A stretch of DNA of 63,672 nt, counting the filler, from Choristocarpus tenellus KU-1152 (lineage: Eukaryota > Protista > Phaeophyceae), in the NCBI GenBank assembly GCA_964200185.2. It is 13 parts of 13 records of this genome, joined end to end, with 100 filler letters (N's around TTAATTAATTAA, not from the genome) between each part and the next. Parts side by side here need not be neighbours in the genome. Positions count along the whole stretch, not along the records: positions 1 to 3,886 come from CAXNAD020017366.1; positions 3,987 to 7,502 come from CAXNAD020019506.1; positions 7,603 to 13,490 come from CAXNAD020009500.1; 10 more parts are not named here. One strand, given 5' to 3'. The notes beneath the pieces are model-generated. The model made no database searches. It worked only from the letters and a program-made list of their open reading frames with translations, and was not told where the DNA came from. The position numbers and the translations under genes are program-made. The stretch's first letter is position 1. Each line of letters opens with the position of its first letter. Shown piece after piece: positions 1-12,163 of this stretch.

Positions 1-1991
1 ATGACAATGTGTTGGACAGTTCTATTCCATTAGATCTGCCCTCTATTCCTCCCTTAACTTCCCCCCCACCCCCCTGCTGCGTAGAAGCAAAGGAAGTAGG
101 TAGCTGGAGGTGAAGTGAAGGAGCATGAGTAGTTGCAGATGTTTAGGCGCCTCCTCCCCCCGACTGTCTTTCTTTTTTCTTTTTTGTGTGCTGTGATATG
201 TTGTAGGTCCTGTGTGTAGTTTTCGTTTTTTATTTCTTTTTTCCATTCTGTGTTCGTGTGTGTGTGGATGTTTTCGGGTGATCAGGTGCAGGGGGTGATA
301 TTTTCTGGACAAATTCATTTTTCATTTTTTCTCTTGTTGATTTTTTTTGGTAATAGTATCATCTTTTATTTTATTCTTAATATGTCACCTTTCCGTTGTA
401 GTGAAGTGCACTATTAGAGTAGAAAGTACTTCCTCTGTTCAATGTCAGTTTGAACCTTTTGCGGGGGGGGAGCAGTTAAAATACTGTATCAGGAAGGCGT
501 TTCTTGCCACATTGCAGTGGGCAGCATATAGAACAGGTAGATTGAAACAGATTTTGCTGATAGGGTTAGGGTAACCTGGCCTCGTCTTGCTTGACTTCTT
601 CTTGCAAGTCTCCCACAATAAATAATAAAACATTTGATCCTATTTTGTGTCTGTGTTACAGCCCTAACCCCACACAGCGTTTGAACTGATGCTGAACATT
701 GGAGGAAAATATCTTGGCTCGTTACTACTTACACTTAACAAGAATTATTAGAAGAAAAAGGAAACTGCAACGATTCTTTTTATGATTTAGTTTCGTATTT
801 TTCTTGGGTCAAAACACCCCTTCATATTTTTGTTTCATCTATGCCAGTTCGAGAAATGATGCGATCCTTCTCACCGTTTGGCACGGAGTTGCTACGTGAC
901 TCTTTCATAAAGAAATCTGAAAGGGAAAATATTTCGCACGACACCATTTTTTGGTGGACAAAAATAACAATTTTCAAAAGCAAGAATTTTCCTTACTTCT
1001 CTCCACCGGGCCTTTCAACAAGATAAACATTTCACATCACATGAACGATGCAAGCATACTTCGTGGTGCATGTTCCTTTTTCTATCATGTATTGGGACAT
1101 GTGAGATGGATGTGAAGAAATATTTCTGTAATTTGCCCTAAATATATCCTTTTACCGACCACTTACAGACTTATCAATGCACGCTGTTATACGAAGCTCT
1201 TTATTTAGTAGTACCAGTTCGCGTCCCGTTGCGTATTCTCGCCTGTGCACTTTTGCATAGTTGTTCCCGAAATATACGAGGTGCATTTATTGCATCAATA
1301 CATCTTTTTTGGACGCCAGGCTTTTTAGAGGTCAATTAAATAGCACACTTTTTCTTTGTGGGCATATTTTCTTACATCCTTTTTTCATTTTGTTTCTCTT
1401 CCTCCACATTTTCTAGCTGATGATGTCGTTTTTCTCCTTCGTATTTGATTCTTCTTTTGCTTTTTTGCGTTTTTTTCATTTTTCTCATTTCATTTTTTCC
1501 CTATTCTTCTACTTTTTTGTTCTGCTTTGATGGTACTTGCTGCCTTTCTCAAGCTCTACGTAATACTCTAGATTTAGGAGTATTTGCTCGCTTTTGGTTT
1601 GATACTTCTCCACTACCTTAACCCCACCTAGTCCTTCCTTCAGCTGAGGTCAGGTGGCAGGGCACACGGCACTATTTCTGTACCCACCGAGCTACCTGTT
1701 GTTGCCCCATGTGTGCCTTGATTTTTCTCGTAACTTGGCTTCAGCGGTCACACCACCTGTGACTTCACTTTGACCAAACGCTCTGCAAGGTTGCAATGAT
1801 GGGATGCGCATATCCAATCCATAAGAATTCATGTGGACCATGATGCTCGCTCAAGGCTCCAAGATGCAAATGTCTTTAAGTATGCCGGGTCTTTCACTTC
1901 GATTATTCACTACATAACTATCATCATCATTATCGTGTGAAATGAACTGGCAACTATGCATGGCATCAATGTGGTATCCTAATGACAAAAT

Positions 1992-2643
1992 GAGTCAAAG
2001 GATCTTAGAGGGTATAGCCACGTCGGTTTGGAGACCAAACCCTATGTTGCGATTTTAATGTCATTTTGACTACCGTGTTTGTTAGGAAGTGTAAATACCC
2101 TCGGACACACGCTTTCACAACATGAACATTTTTCCTACTCCGAAACATTTCGGAGTAGGAAAATTAACAAAAAGCATGTGGGAAGCTTCCCTTGTTTTTT
2201 TTATGACATTTTTCCTACTCCAAAATATCTAGGAGTAGGTAAAATGTATGTTATGAAAAGGTGCGTCCGGAACAATATTGATACTCCCTAACAAACACAA
2301 TAGCCAAAATTACATCAAAATCGCAATATTGAATTTGAGTCAAATTAACTTAGAGGGTAGTGCCGAGTCCATTTGGGTGCCAAAATCCAATGTTGCGATT
2401 TTCATGTAATTTTGGCATCGTGCTTACTAGGAAGTGTCAATACCCTTGTTTTAGACACGCCTTTTCATAACCTATAACATTCTACCTACTCCAAAACATT
2501 TTGGAGTAGGTAAAATGTAATAAAATACCCGTGGGAAGCCAAGCCCCAACGGACAAACAGGGCAAAAATCATACCCTCTAAGATACTTTCACTCTTTTGG
2601 TCTCCAAATGGACGTGGCTCTACCCTCTAAGATACTTTCACTC
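1992..2643. mobile_element. MITE family A palindromic dimer (two left halves joined in inverted orientation) with a nested full copy
   Basis: Starts GAGTCAAAGGATCTTAGAGGGTA. The left half runs to the palindrome GGAAGCTTCC (2181-2190), then the same sequence follows inverted. It is interrupted at 2337-2594 and resumes to end ...TACCCTCTAAGATACTTTCACTC at 2643. Confidence 0.8.
2337..2594 (+). mobile_element. MITE family A, full copy nested in another family A element
   Basis: GAGTCAAATTAACTTAGAGGGTAG...TACCCTCTAAGATACTTTCACTC, 258 bp. Flanks ATTT/TTTT are an imperfect 4-bp TSD. Confidence 0.85.
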
Positions 2644-3505
2644 TTTCACTCAATATTATAAAAACTGCCAAGAGAAGTACAACTATATACTATCTAGGAC
2701 TTCAAGGTCAAAGGCGTTTACGAAACCGCCATCAAGACATATCGCCCGTATCAATCCCCCCCCTAGCATGAAGCGCAACTGCTTCAATGCGAAGAACAGG
2801 CGATTGAACAAGGAAATATTATGTTACTCCTCCTTACCCTATCATAAACGTAGCAGAAGTGAAATGAATGTTACTTCCCCAGGTCCTAGCATATCAGTAG
2901 GCAGCATTGGGGATCCAGTGGAGTAGGGAACCTATTGGAAAGACCCCCTTCCAACGTTTACCCTGACGACATATATGTCACAGTGGCACTCGCACCTCTT
3001 GGCACTCACTCTGTATTTGACTCAACGTTCACGAGAAAATCTTCACACACGGAATGGCAGCACCCTATTTTTCTTATTGTGGCTGTGAGACATTGTCTTC
3101 GTATTTTGTAGTCGTTTGTATTTATAATTCTGAAGTGATAGTTTATAGCAGTACCCGAGTTTAGTGCTACTGTGATTTGGCGTCTGAATATTTGAGTTAC
3201 TAGCTTTGAAGGAGTGGAATCTTTCTATGAGAGCACCCTATTTTTTTATATAAGCATGCATTTGTCTCTATTTGTTTATATTATTATAGTTCCCACGGAG
3301 GGTAAGCCTTTCCGTGGAAGCACTCTATCTCTTTGTGACTGTGTGACATTTTCTTGGTATCCTGTAGTCGTTTGTGTGTATAGTTTAGAAGGGGGAGGAT
3401 CCTTTTCAAACAGTAACTAATTTTCGACATGTGCTATGGAATGTTTATCGTGTTGTAGGGCCCTCTACTCCTTCAATCACTCCCGGTTCATTTCATTAGC
3501 ATACC

Positions 3506-3793
3506 AACGACAGCTGGTTGATGGAGGCAACACCATTTGTCAAGAAGACACAACCTAAAGATGGCCTCTAGCTCCTCCAACGGCTGCTCCCCAGGATACA
3601 GACAGCTGTTCCATTGATGTGCCAAGTGGGAAAACCAGGGGATCTTCCCTGCCCTGTATGTGCCTCTCTTGGTTGTCCACTTTCCAGTTGGAGCTGTTGC
3701 AGCGGATGAGGCGGGAGAGAAAGGAGAGGCAGACGACAAAGCGGAAGACTCTACCATTTTTCCACCCATAGCAGCAACAACTATTATCCTTCT
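3506..3793 (-). CDS. Possible isolated internal exon, product unknown
   Basis: Open frame (...GEQPLEELEAIFRLCLLDKWCCLHQPAVV) bounded by a plausible CAG acceptor and GTATGC donor. No homology recognised. Confidence 0.25.
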
Positions 3794-3886
3794 GACATGC
3801 AGTTCTACGTAATATAGAAGAATGTCTATCCTGGGTCCAATGGTACCCCTTTTGCCACTACTATTGAAACTGTCCAATATTCTCAC

Positions 3887-3986
3887 NNNNNNNNNNNNNN
3901 NNNNNNNNNNNNNNNNNNNNNNNNNNNNNNTTAATTAATTAANNNNNNNNNNNNNNNNNNNNNNNNNNNNNNNNNNNNNNNNNNNN
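3887..3986. other. Artificial contig-joining spacer (N44 + TTAATTAATTAA six-frame stop + N44); first of 12
   Basis: The same 100-nt spacer recurs at 7503-7602, 13491-13590, 17530-17629, 21676-21775, 30467-30566, 39797-39896, 44858-44957, 49514-49613, 53581-53680, 57207-57306 and 60518-60617. Two 10-N scaffold gaps lie at about 15196-15205 and 30177-30186. Confidence 0.97.
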
Positions 3987-4408
3987 TGTGCCTCATGTGT
4001 GGGTCTTTGGTTTAGCTAGGTATGGTATGTATGGGCATGCTTTGATCTGCTCCGTCAAGGGACTCTCCCTCTGTTTGCTTTACAGATGCAGCAAGCAAGA
4101 GTCAGAATGATTGATGTAGAAACTCTATGTGAAGGGGGGGAAGGGTGAACGTGATGCATGAATACATGCAATGCATCCCAGTCACTCACTCAATGAAGAC
4201 TTCTTGTTTGTTCCCGTAGCTTACTACTGTGGAGGTGATCAAATGATGGGGGGGTATGCCAGGTGGTTATGATATGAATAAATTCGTGTTGCTCTTGAAT
4301 TTCCCACCTCGTTGTCTCAAATATGGTTGTGTAGATTACAAATTTACAAGTCACCCATATTGTGATAGACATGTATGACCTTCGAACCACTGGAGAAGTT
4401 TTGCGGTT

Positions 4409-6707
4409 ATAATTCTCCATTGAACAAACGAACTCATTAACAAGGAGTAGACGAAATGCAAGGGAAGAAGCAGCCAACCATCTACTGCTCCGAACACCGA
4501 TAACTCATCTCTATTGCTCCCCTATCAAGCCTTCCGCTTCTTGTGTCGCTTGCATGATGACAGAAACGAACACACTTGCTAAAATATTGCACCACATACA
4601 CGTTTCGTGTGTGCTGATTTGCTCCCCTTCACCACTAACCCACACAATAAAATACATATGCCACCACGAACCCTCCTGCCCTTTGCTACCCTCACACACC
4701 AGAGGAGGCCCCGCTACAACAGATACAACACAGAGAAGACTAACAAAAAAATATGAAAACATTCATATGCCATGAGAAAGGATTTTACAACCTGCTCGCT
4801 CCTCAAGGAGGTGTAGGTATGCTTAGATGACAGTCCCCTCTTTGTCAATTTTGTTAGCCACGCAATCATTCGCTCAAGTGGATAATCTTCTGCTCTCTGT
4901 CTTACGGAAGTTCTTCCATGGCCTCGGAGGTCCCTTCTTTCTGAGAACAGCATACTTTGCCCAGATGTCGTTTCTAATGACATCAGGCTCACCCTCGGGA
5001 TTCAAGGATGGGTCTGGTATCTCAATCGCTGCACCTTCTTCTGTGGTAGTGCTGCTACTTTCACTCTCCTCTTTTTCTGTGTATGTGCTCGCAGAGCATG
5101 TGCTAGCAACCTTCCGGTATCGACGTACAGACGGCGGGTAGGTGAGGGGATTACGATAGGAGTGGTATTGGGGTGTCACAAAAAGGAAGTAATGGATAAA
5201 CGTCACAACGATAAAGTATATCCCGACATTACAGGATGACCTTTCCATTCAAAGCTCCTGCATCGAAGCAAAATTTCAGGTTCGGTCCAACTCAATAATA
5301 CCTGTTTCCTGTGGCATTCCACTACAATTATATCATACCGAAATGCACTACCACCGGAGAATATGACGATTATAATGTCTCGCCTGTTGTGTTGTTTTGT
5401 TTGTAGTGAGTCGCTTTTCCCCATTCCTTTCGTGGTAAAGCATCAGATAGGCTGGTTTGCGGTCGATCCGCCTCGGCCACCATTGCCTGCGATACCGAAA
5501 TATTGGGGGAAAATGTGCACCAGTTCGACCGAACCTGAAATTTTGGTTCAAAATCACAGGCAACTAGTGCATATTTCCCCACAATATTTCCGCATCACAG
5601 GCAGTGGTGAGGCCGAGGTGGATCGACTGTGAACCGGCCTATCTGAGGCTTTATCGCGAAAGGAATGGGGACAAGAGACTTGCCACCAATGAAACAACAG
5701 AACAGGCGATACGTTAGTTATTATTCTCTGGTGGTAGTGCAACTCAATATGATACTGTAGTAGAATCCCACAGGAAATAAGTATTGTTGAGTTGGACCGA
5801 ACATGAAATTTTGCTTCGATGCAGGGGCTTGAATGGAAGGATCATCCGGTAATGTCGGGATAGGGATTATCGTCGTGACGTTTATCCACTGGTTCCTTCC
5901 TTTCTGTGTGACGCCCTAATATCACTCCTATCGTTATCCCCTCACCTACACGCTGTCTTGTACGTCGGTACCCATAGGTTGCTAGCACATGCTCTATGAG
6001 CACATACACAGAACAAAGACGAGTGAAAGTAGCAGCATTACCACAGATGAAGGTGCAACGATGGGCATACCGTACCCATCCTTGAATGCGGAGGCTGAAC
6101 CTGATATCATTAGAAACGACGTCTGGGCAAAGTATGCCGCTCTCAGAAAGAAGGAGGGACCTCCAAGGCCATGGGAGGACTTCCGTAAGACGAAGAGCAG
6201 AAGATTATCCACTTGATCGAAGGATTGCATGGCTGATACAATCGACAAAGAGGGGACTGTCGCCTAAGTACACCTACACCTCCTTGAGGAGCGAGCAGAT
6301 TGATAAAATCCCTTCTCATGGCATATGAATGTTTTCGTATTTTTATGTGTTGTGCCTCTCTGTGTTGTGCCTCTCTGTGTTGTACCTGTTGTAGCGGGAC
6401 CTCCTCTGGTGTGTAAAGACAGCAAAGGGCAGGGGGGTGGGAGATTGCGTATGTATTATGTTGTGTTGGTTAGCGGTGAAGGGGAGCAAAGCAGCACGCA
6501 CGAAACGTGTGTGTGGTGCAATATTTTAGGAAGTGTGTGTTAGTTTCTGTCATTGTGCGAACGATGCAAGAAGCGAAAGGCTTGATAGGGGAGAGATGGA
6601 CCTGAGTTGTCAGTGTTCGGAGCTGTAGATGGTTGGCTCTACTTCCCTTGTACTTGATCACTCCTCCTTGTTATGAGTAGTTCTTTTCTTGTTCAATAGA
6701 GAATTAT
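4409..6707. repeat. Giant inverted repeat (palindrome), arms about 1.14 kb, apex about 5546-5548
   Basis: The arms match as reverse complements throughout. Examples: CATCGAAGCAAAATTTCAGGTTCGGTCCAACTC (~5261) versus GAGTTGGACCGAACATGAAATTTTGCTTCGATG (~5789); ORFs 4874-5248(-) and 5989-6216(+) encode the same peptide (IRNDxWAKYAxLRKK..PPRPW.FRKT.SRRLST). Roughly 80-85% identical by eye. Confidence 0.93.
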
Positions 6708-8302
6708 CACTGTATTGATTGGGAGTTCTATGAGAATATACGTCTGCTGGTACTATTTTGTAGTTGTGGTCGGTGGTGTTCAAGAGATAACTCAGTAAAA
6801 ACATGTAACTGTTTTTACTTGTGAATGTACTAGTCATAACATACTCTAACATTGATATTAATTCTAACAATTATATTCTCAAATCAATATTTTTTGTAAG
6901 ATTATTGCAGTCATTACATCAAAATGTTTCCATGTATGTCCTTGGGTTTACTTCTGTGTCGCTTCCTTGCCCTTCACGACAATAATATCTGTAAGATGCT
7001 GATGGGTGTAATAAAATGGAAGTGTGTTGCGTCCAGTGCATTATCATGTGGAATGTGCTACCTTTCTGGGTAGTGTTGTAGTTTTGTTGAAATTCGCATA
7101 ATTTGTGTGTTCTTCTTTTCCATCTTGTCCTTTGATATAATCATATTATGTATTGTTGTCAAGGGAATGTAACTGCCCTTGATAATCATAGACTGCCTAA
7201 AAATATCATTGAAAATATTATTTAGAGAAATGTCATGTAATATAACGTTGTATAATGGAATATAATACAACAAAATAGATATCATATAATGTAAGATAAT
7301 AAATGGAACGCATGGTAGTGTGCTAAAATTCACTGTAATACTTTACAAGACAACATTATAAAATGTAATGTAATGTGTAATGTAATAGAATCTATTACTA
7401 TATAGTAGAGTATAATTTATTGTTAGATCTGTGATGGACAGGTCCCTTCGGGAGTTGATTTCAGTCCAAATACACATCCGCGCGCACACACAAAGGTATT
7501 GCNNNNNNNNNNNNNNNNNNNNNNNNNNNNNNNNNNNNNNNNNNNNTTAATTAATTAANNNNNNNNNNNNNNNNNNNNNNNNNNNNNNNNNNNNNNNNNN
7601 NNAAGCAGCCAGCAGGCACAAAAGGGAAAAAAAAAACCCACCACAAACACAAAAATTCAAACAATCAAGTCAATGAGATGAAGAAGAAGCAACACTTTCT
7701 TTACAGTGGCCTACAGAGGCCCTGTCTGGTATTGTGAACCCCATGTTCACAACACATCACATGAACATACGTTACTACATTGTAACGCACTTTCCAGTCA
7801 ACCCATCATCATCTACTCCCCCCCCCTACCTGAACCAAAATCTACCTTACTTGCATAGAACAACCCTACTTCCTTTCGCCTTGAGTGCATTCAACAATAC
7901 CACTCAATGAAAAGTCTCAACATGCTCTGCATTGAACACATGCAAACATCAGGGTAAAAAATCAAAATCAATAACAAATCAAACTCGATCTAGAATAAAC
8001 ACACAACACAATCCCATACACATACACACACATACACACACATATATATGCATATATACATTTATATTTATGTAAGCCTGTGTACATGTTGGGTCGAGAA
8101 CTTTCCGTGACATTTCAAAATCAATCAAAATCAATCATCCATTAAAAGAGCATAAGATAAAAAAATAGAATGAAGTCAAACAAAAAGAAATCGCTCAGCA
8201 GAGTTCAACAACAACCTGAAATACAAGATCACCCACCACAACCGTAAGTAAATCACAATCCAACAGTTACAACAGTGACAACAGACTCTCACCCTTCCTC
8301 AC

Positions 8303-11300
8303 CTAGTTCCTCGACAACGTCGTATGGAACACCAGCCTCTGCCAGAAGAACATTCAACTGCCCAGGCATTCGTCCTGCTACAGGGTGAATACCAAACCGC
8401 ACCTGATCCATACAAGAGAGTAGACACCAGATTGAGAGTACCTGACTTTAAAAAAAAACAGAACCCTTTTTCAAAGTACTAGCAATAATGTTGCCCTAAC
8501 CCTAAGCAAACTTCACAATAGGGTGCGTTCATCCTGCACAGACCCTAACCCTAAACCTGACTCTACTTTTCTATGCCTCTGAAGTCTACGCATCTGATAA
8601 GCCCTACTTACAAAAGTCAATATTTTTGGGGGGAGGGGGATTTTTATTTTTACTCTCCTACTGTACCAATACATATATACTCACAATGTTTATTGTCATA
8701 ATGCTACCTTTGTATCCATGCTAAAAGTATGTGCATAAAAGTGTACGCAGTTCTATCATAGAGATGTGCATGTCTGCATGTGTGTGTTAATGTTTTATAT
8801 ATATATGCATGCATGCATGCATGCATGCATATATGTAAGTATACCATAACTTACCTTGACACCTTTGTCTGAGAGCACTCTGGTCAGCTCTGCAATGGCG
8901 TACTGTGCCCGTGCAACAGCCAGTCCATATCCAGGGACTATAATCACCTCCTGCAATACCAAATGTTATGGGGTGTACCAAATGTGAGAGGGAGAGACCA
9001 TTCAGATTTAGCACATTAGCACCGTATATCCTCACAGGACTTGTCTGTCCATACAGATACAAATTTTACACACACACACAGCTGTACAAAAAAGCATCAT
9101 CAACATTGCTTGGCTTTCTTGACCTTGGTCGGTCACAACCCTAACCCTAACCCTAACCCTAGGTTTTCACAACTAATGAAAACACCAATCACACAGGCAT
9201 CTCCACCACACGGAGAGGATATCCCTCGCCAAACGCAGTGCTTCATGAGTGTAAGAGTCTGCACTACAACTGCCGGAAACATCATTAACATCATTAACAT
9301 TATTAACATTACAGTGGATACACTCGCAGAGACTCCGCATACAAAAAAAACATAAACAGGCAAATGTAATCTAATGTAATGTAATCCAATTGTAGTGTAA
9401 TGTAATGTAATGCAATTGTAATGTAATGCAATGTAATCCAATTGTAATGTAATGTAATGTAATGTAATGTAATCCAACTGTAATCTAATGTAATGCAATC
9501 CAATTGTAATGTAATGCAATGTAATGTAATCCAATTGTAATGTAATGCTATTGTAATGTAATGTAATGTAATCCAATTTTAATGCCACTCAAAGTGCTAC
9601 TACGCAGAGTTGTGGTATAGGGTTACTACCCGGTATAGGGTTACTACCCAGGTGGGCAAAATTGTAATTCCCAAAATTGTCTTTTTTCCACCTAACTGTT
9701 CAACACTGGAGTTAGTTCAATGAAACACAATAAAAAAATAAAAAAATGAACCGTACCTTTGCTTCCGCAAGCTTTTGTACCACCATGTCTGCAGTAGCCT
9801 CTCGGTGAACACCTCCTGGTTCATCCGACAAGTCAGATACCTTGTTGATTGTACCAAACCCGCCAGAGATGACGTTGAGGAGATCCCTGTCGCACAAGAA
9901 AAGAGCCGGTAAAATTGAACCAATGAACAAAACACACACACACACACTCAGTAGATTTATTGTATACGTGTTGACAAAAAAAAGTGTACTATGATTAAAC
10001 AATAACAATAAAAAAGGTGGTATTAATATTTCAAATAGTAACACAAAAATAAAAATAAAAAGAGGAATTATCTATCTCACTCTTTCATACAAAAAAAATT
10101 CCCCCGAAGGCACACTGGTAAATATTACCATGCCACAGCTTCCAGGGTATCTGGGTATTGCTATTAATGGTGTGCAACACTGACTGCAAGCATGTCTGTG
10201 TGCACTAGCCCTCATCAACAAATGCAAGGATGGTGAGGGCAGGTTTAGGGACAGTTGTCAATCATAAAACACGTATGTAGGTTGGGAAGAAAAATGTAAA
10301 CAGGCCTGTTTAGGAGTCAGACGTCTGTAAAATAGGAGAAAAACTTCAAAAACTTCAACTCTACTCTGATTCAGTCCTGAAAACAAATCTACACACTGAC
10401 CTGTTCATGGCCTGGCACATTATCTGTGTCAGGATAGCACCGGAGGACCCAATGAGAGCACCAACAATTGTGAGAAGGTTGTTGTTCAGCATGAAGCCTT
10501 CTGCACACAGAGCCCACCTAACCATACCAGACAGTGAAGCAATGGAAACAAGAGGAGACAAGAGACGTGGTGAAAGAGGGGAATTCGTGAGGGGGAAGTA
10601 ATCTTTGATAAGTCTATGGTAGTGCCTGGGTGCACCCTCAACGCCAACCCTAACTCTTGAAAACCATTAACATAAAAACAAAAAAGTCAAGACACGAGAC
10701 CTCTGATTAGGAGACCCAACTGAGGGTATTAAACATCTTACACAATGGTTAAATATATATATATATAATATATATGTCAGCACTACTGATGTAATCCACA
10801 TTCGATACTTGAAAAAATATAAACAAAAAACAAAGTACAATCATCATACGCCTACCAATGTACTACAGACCCCCTAATTGCTACTACCTATTTGCTACCA
10901 CCTACAACAAAAAAACAAATCCAGCACACAACCCTCAGACCCCTTCCTCTCCAATCCACACACACTCGCCACGATAAACCAAACATCAACAGAACAACCA
11001 CTTTCCCAACTCAACCCAACTCAACCCAACCCAACCCCTCCCTACCAACTCTCAAAATAAACCAAAAAACTCTTCTCACCCACTGTAACTGTTCAACAGC
11101 GTTATCACCACCGGCATATCCGCCCCACCAATGGATGCTGTCATGTGTGTACCCAATAGGCCCGACACTAAAGCCCCCGCGCCGAGAGCAGCTATCATCT
11201 GCCCAGGGTCCCCTGTGGCAAGAAGAGCTGCTGCCCCTGCTGCAATCCCGCCTCCCATGGCTAGGTTGAGCTGATCTCGCCCGGGGAGCGACAGCGGCTG

Positions 11301-12163
11301 CGAGCTCAGAAGACCCTGCATTTTTTTTATTTAACAACATGTGTATGCACGTATGAGTATACATGCACAGGACAAAGGAGACATAGGATAGGTAAAGTTT
11401 GCATGTCGAGTTGATAAGATCGATAAATATTGGGAGTACGTATTTTGGAATATTAAAAAAAAAGGTTTCATTATGTATGAATTTCCTCTCTCACAAAATA
11501 AACAGATACACATTATTTTTTATTTTTGTCTTGTGTGTATATATATACTCCTGAATACTTGATGTAATTATTGTCACAAAAAAAAGTAAATGTGTTAAAA
11601 AAAAAAACTCGTGCTTCAAAAGTTTTACTTCCAAGAAGTGATTGGGAAAGCACCTGACACCATTTTCATCCACAATAGTGTTCATACCCCCTTGGTGATA
11701 AAAACACAGACCATGTGCTAATATTATTTACTGATCGAATTGCCTAGTCATGCAACATACAACATACAACATACAACATGCAACATACAACATACAACAT
11801 ACAACATACAACATGCAACATGCAACATACAACATACAACAAACCGTCTCAACCAGTGCACTCCACAACAAATCCTACCTCATCACACAAAAAGAAAGAA
11901 AGAAAAATTATAGATTTACCCAGGTTCACACACAAAATAATTCTAAATTAACAAAAAAATAAAAACTCCTATCGCTAAAAAAATGTGACCTGATTATTAG
12001 CATTTGATTATTAGCATTTGAGCCCCCCCCCCCCCCCCGTTCTCACTGTAGGAGATTACAAGTAAGGCCACACCTGCAGCTTAGCAAAGGCAGTGACTGA
12101 TCCTGTAGCAGTTATGGCACCAATTGCGGCAGCAAGGTAAATTGTCAGCTTAGCACCCAGCTC
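8303..12163 (-). CDS. NNT: NAD(P) transhydrogenase (mitochondrial-type NNT), beta-domain portion, 6 exons, partial
   Basis: Phase-compatible GT-AG exons: 12074-12163 ([17 protein letters not shown]), 11080-11315 ([23 protein letters not shown]), 10401-10517 ([37 protein letters not shown]), 9757-9886, 8855-8950 ([15 protein letters not shown]), 8303-8402 ([28 protein letters not shown]). These are PntB/NNT signature motifs. Confidence 0.96.
9365..9585. repeat. (TGTAA)n pentanucleotide satellite with periodic TCCAAT variants, intronic
   Basis: Seen directly; it generates the spurious LDYITLHY ORFs. Confidence 0.9.
11749..11840. repeat. (CAACATA)n heptanucleotide repeat, intronic
   Basis: Seen directly. 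(CACAT)n at 12177-12220 and (AAT)n at ~12326-12357 are nearby. Confidence 0.9.

Noticed and set aside
3931-3942. Recurrent TTAATTAATTAA motif and ORFs ending in X..LIN
   Set aside because: It is an artificial linker between contigs, not biology; no cross-contig gene neighbourhoods can be inferred.
4714-5248. Tyrosine-recombinase or chromodomain assignment for the palindrome arm peptides
   Set aside because: Only loose resemblance (IAWL..RGLS; EPD.I..KY..K.GP..W), with no catalytic motifs; left unassigned pending a profile search.
9133-9588. Repetitive ORFs (LDYITLHY.., poly-P/poly-G, QHTTYN.., LGLGLG)
   Set aside because: These are translations of microsatellites, homopolymers and telomeric repeats, mostly intronic.
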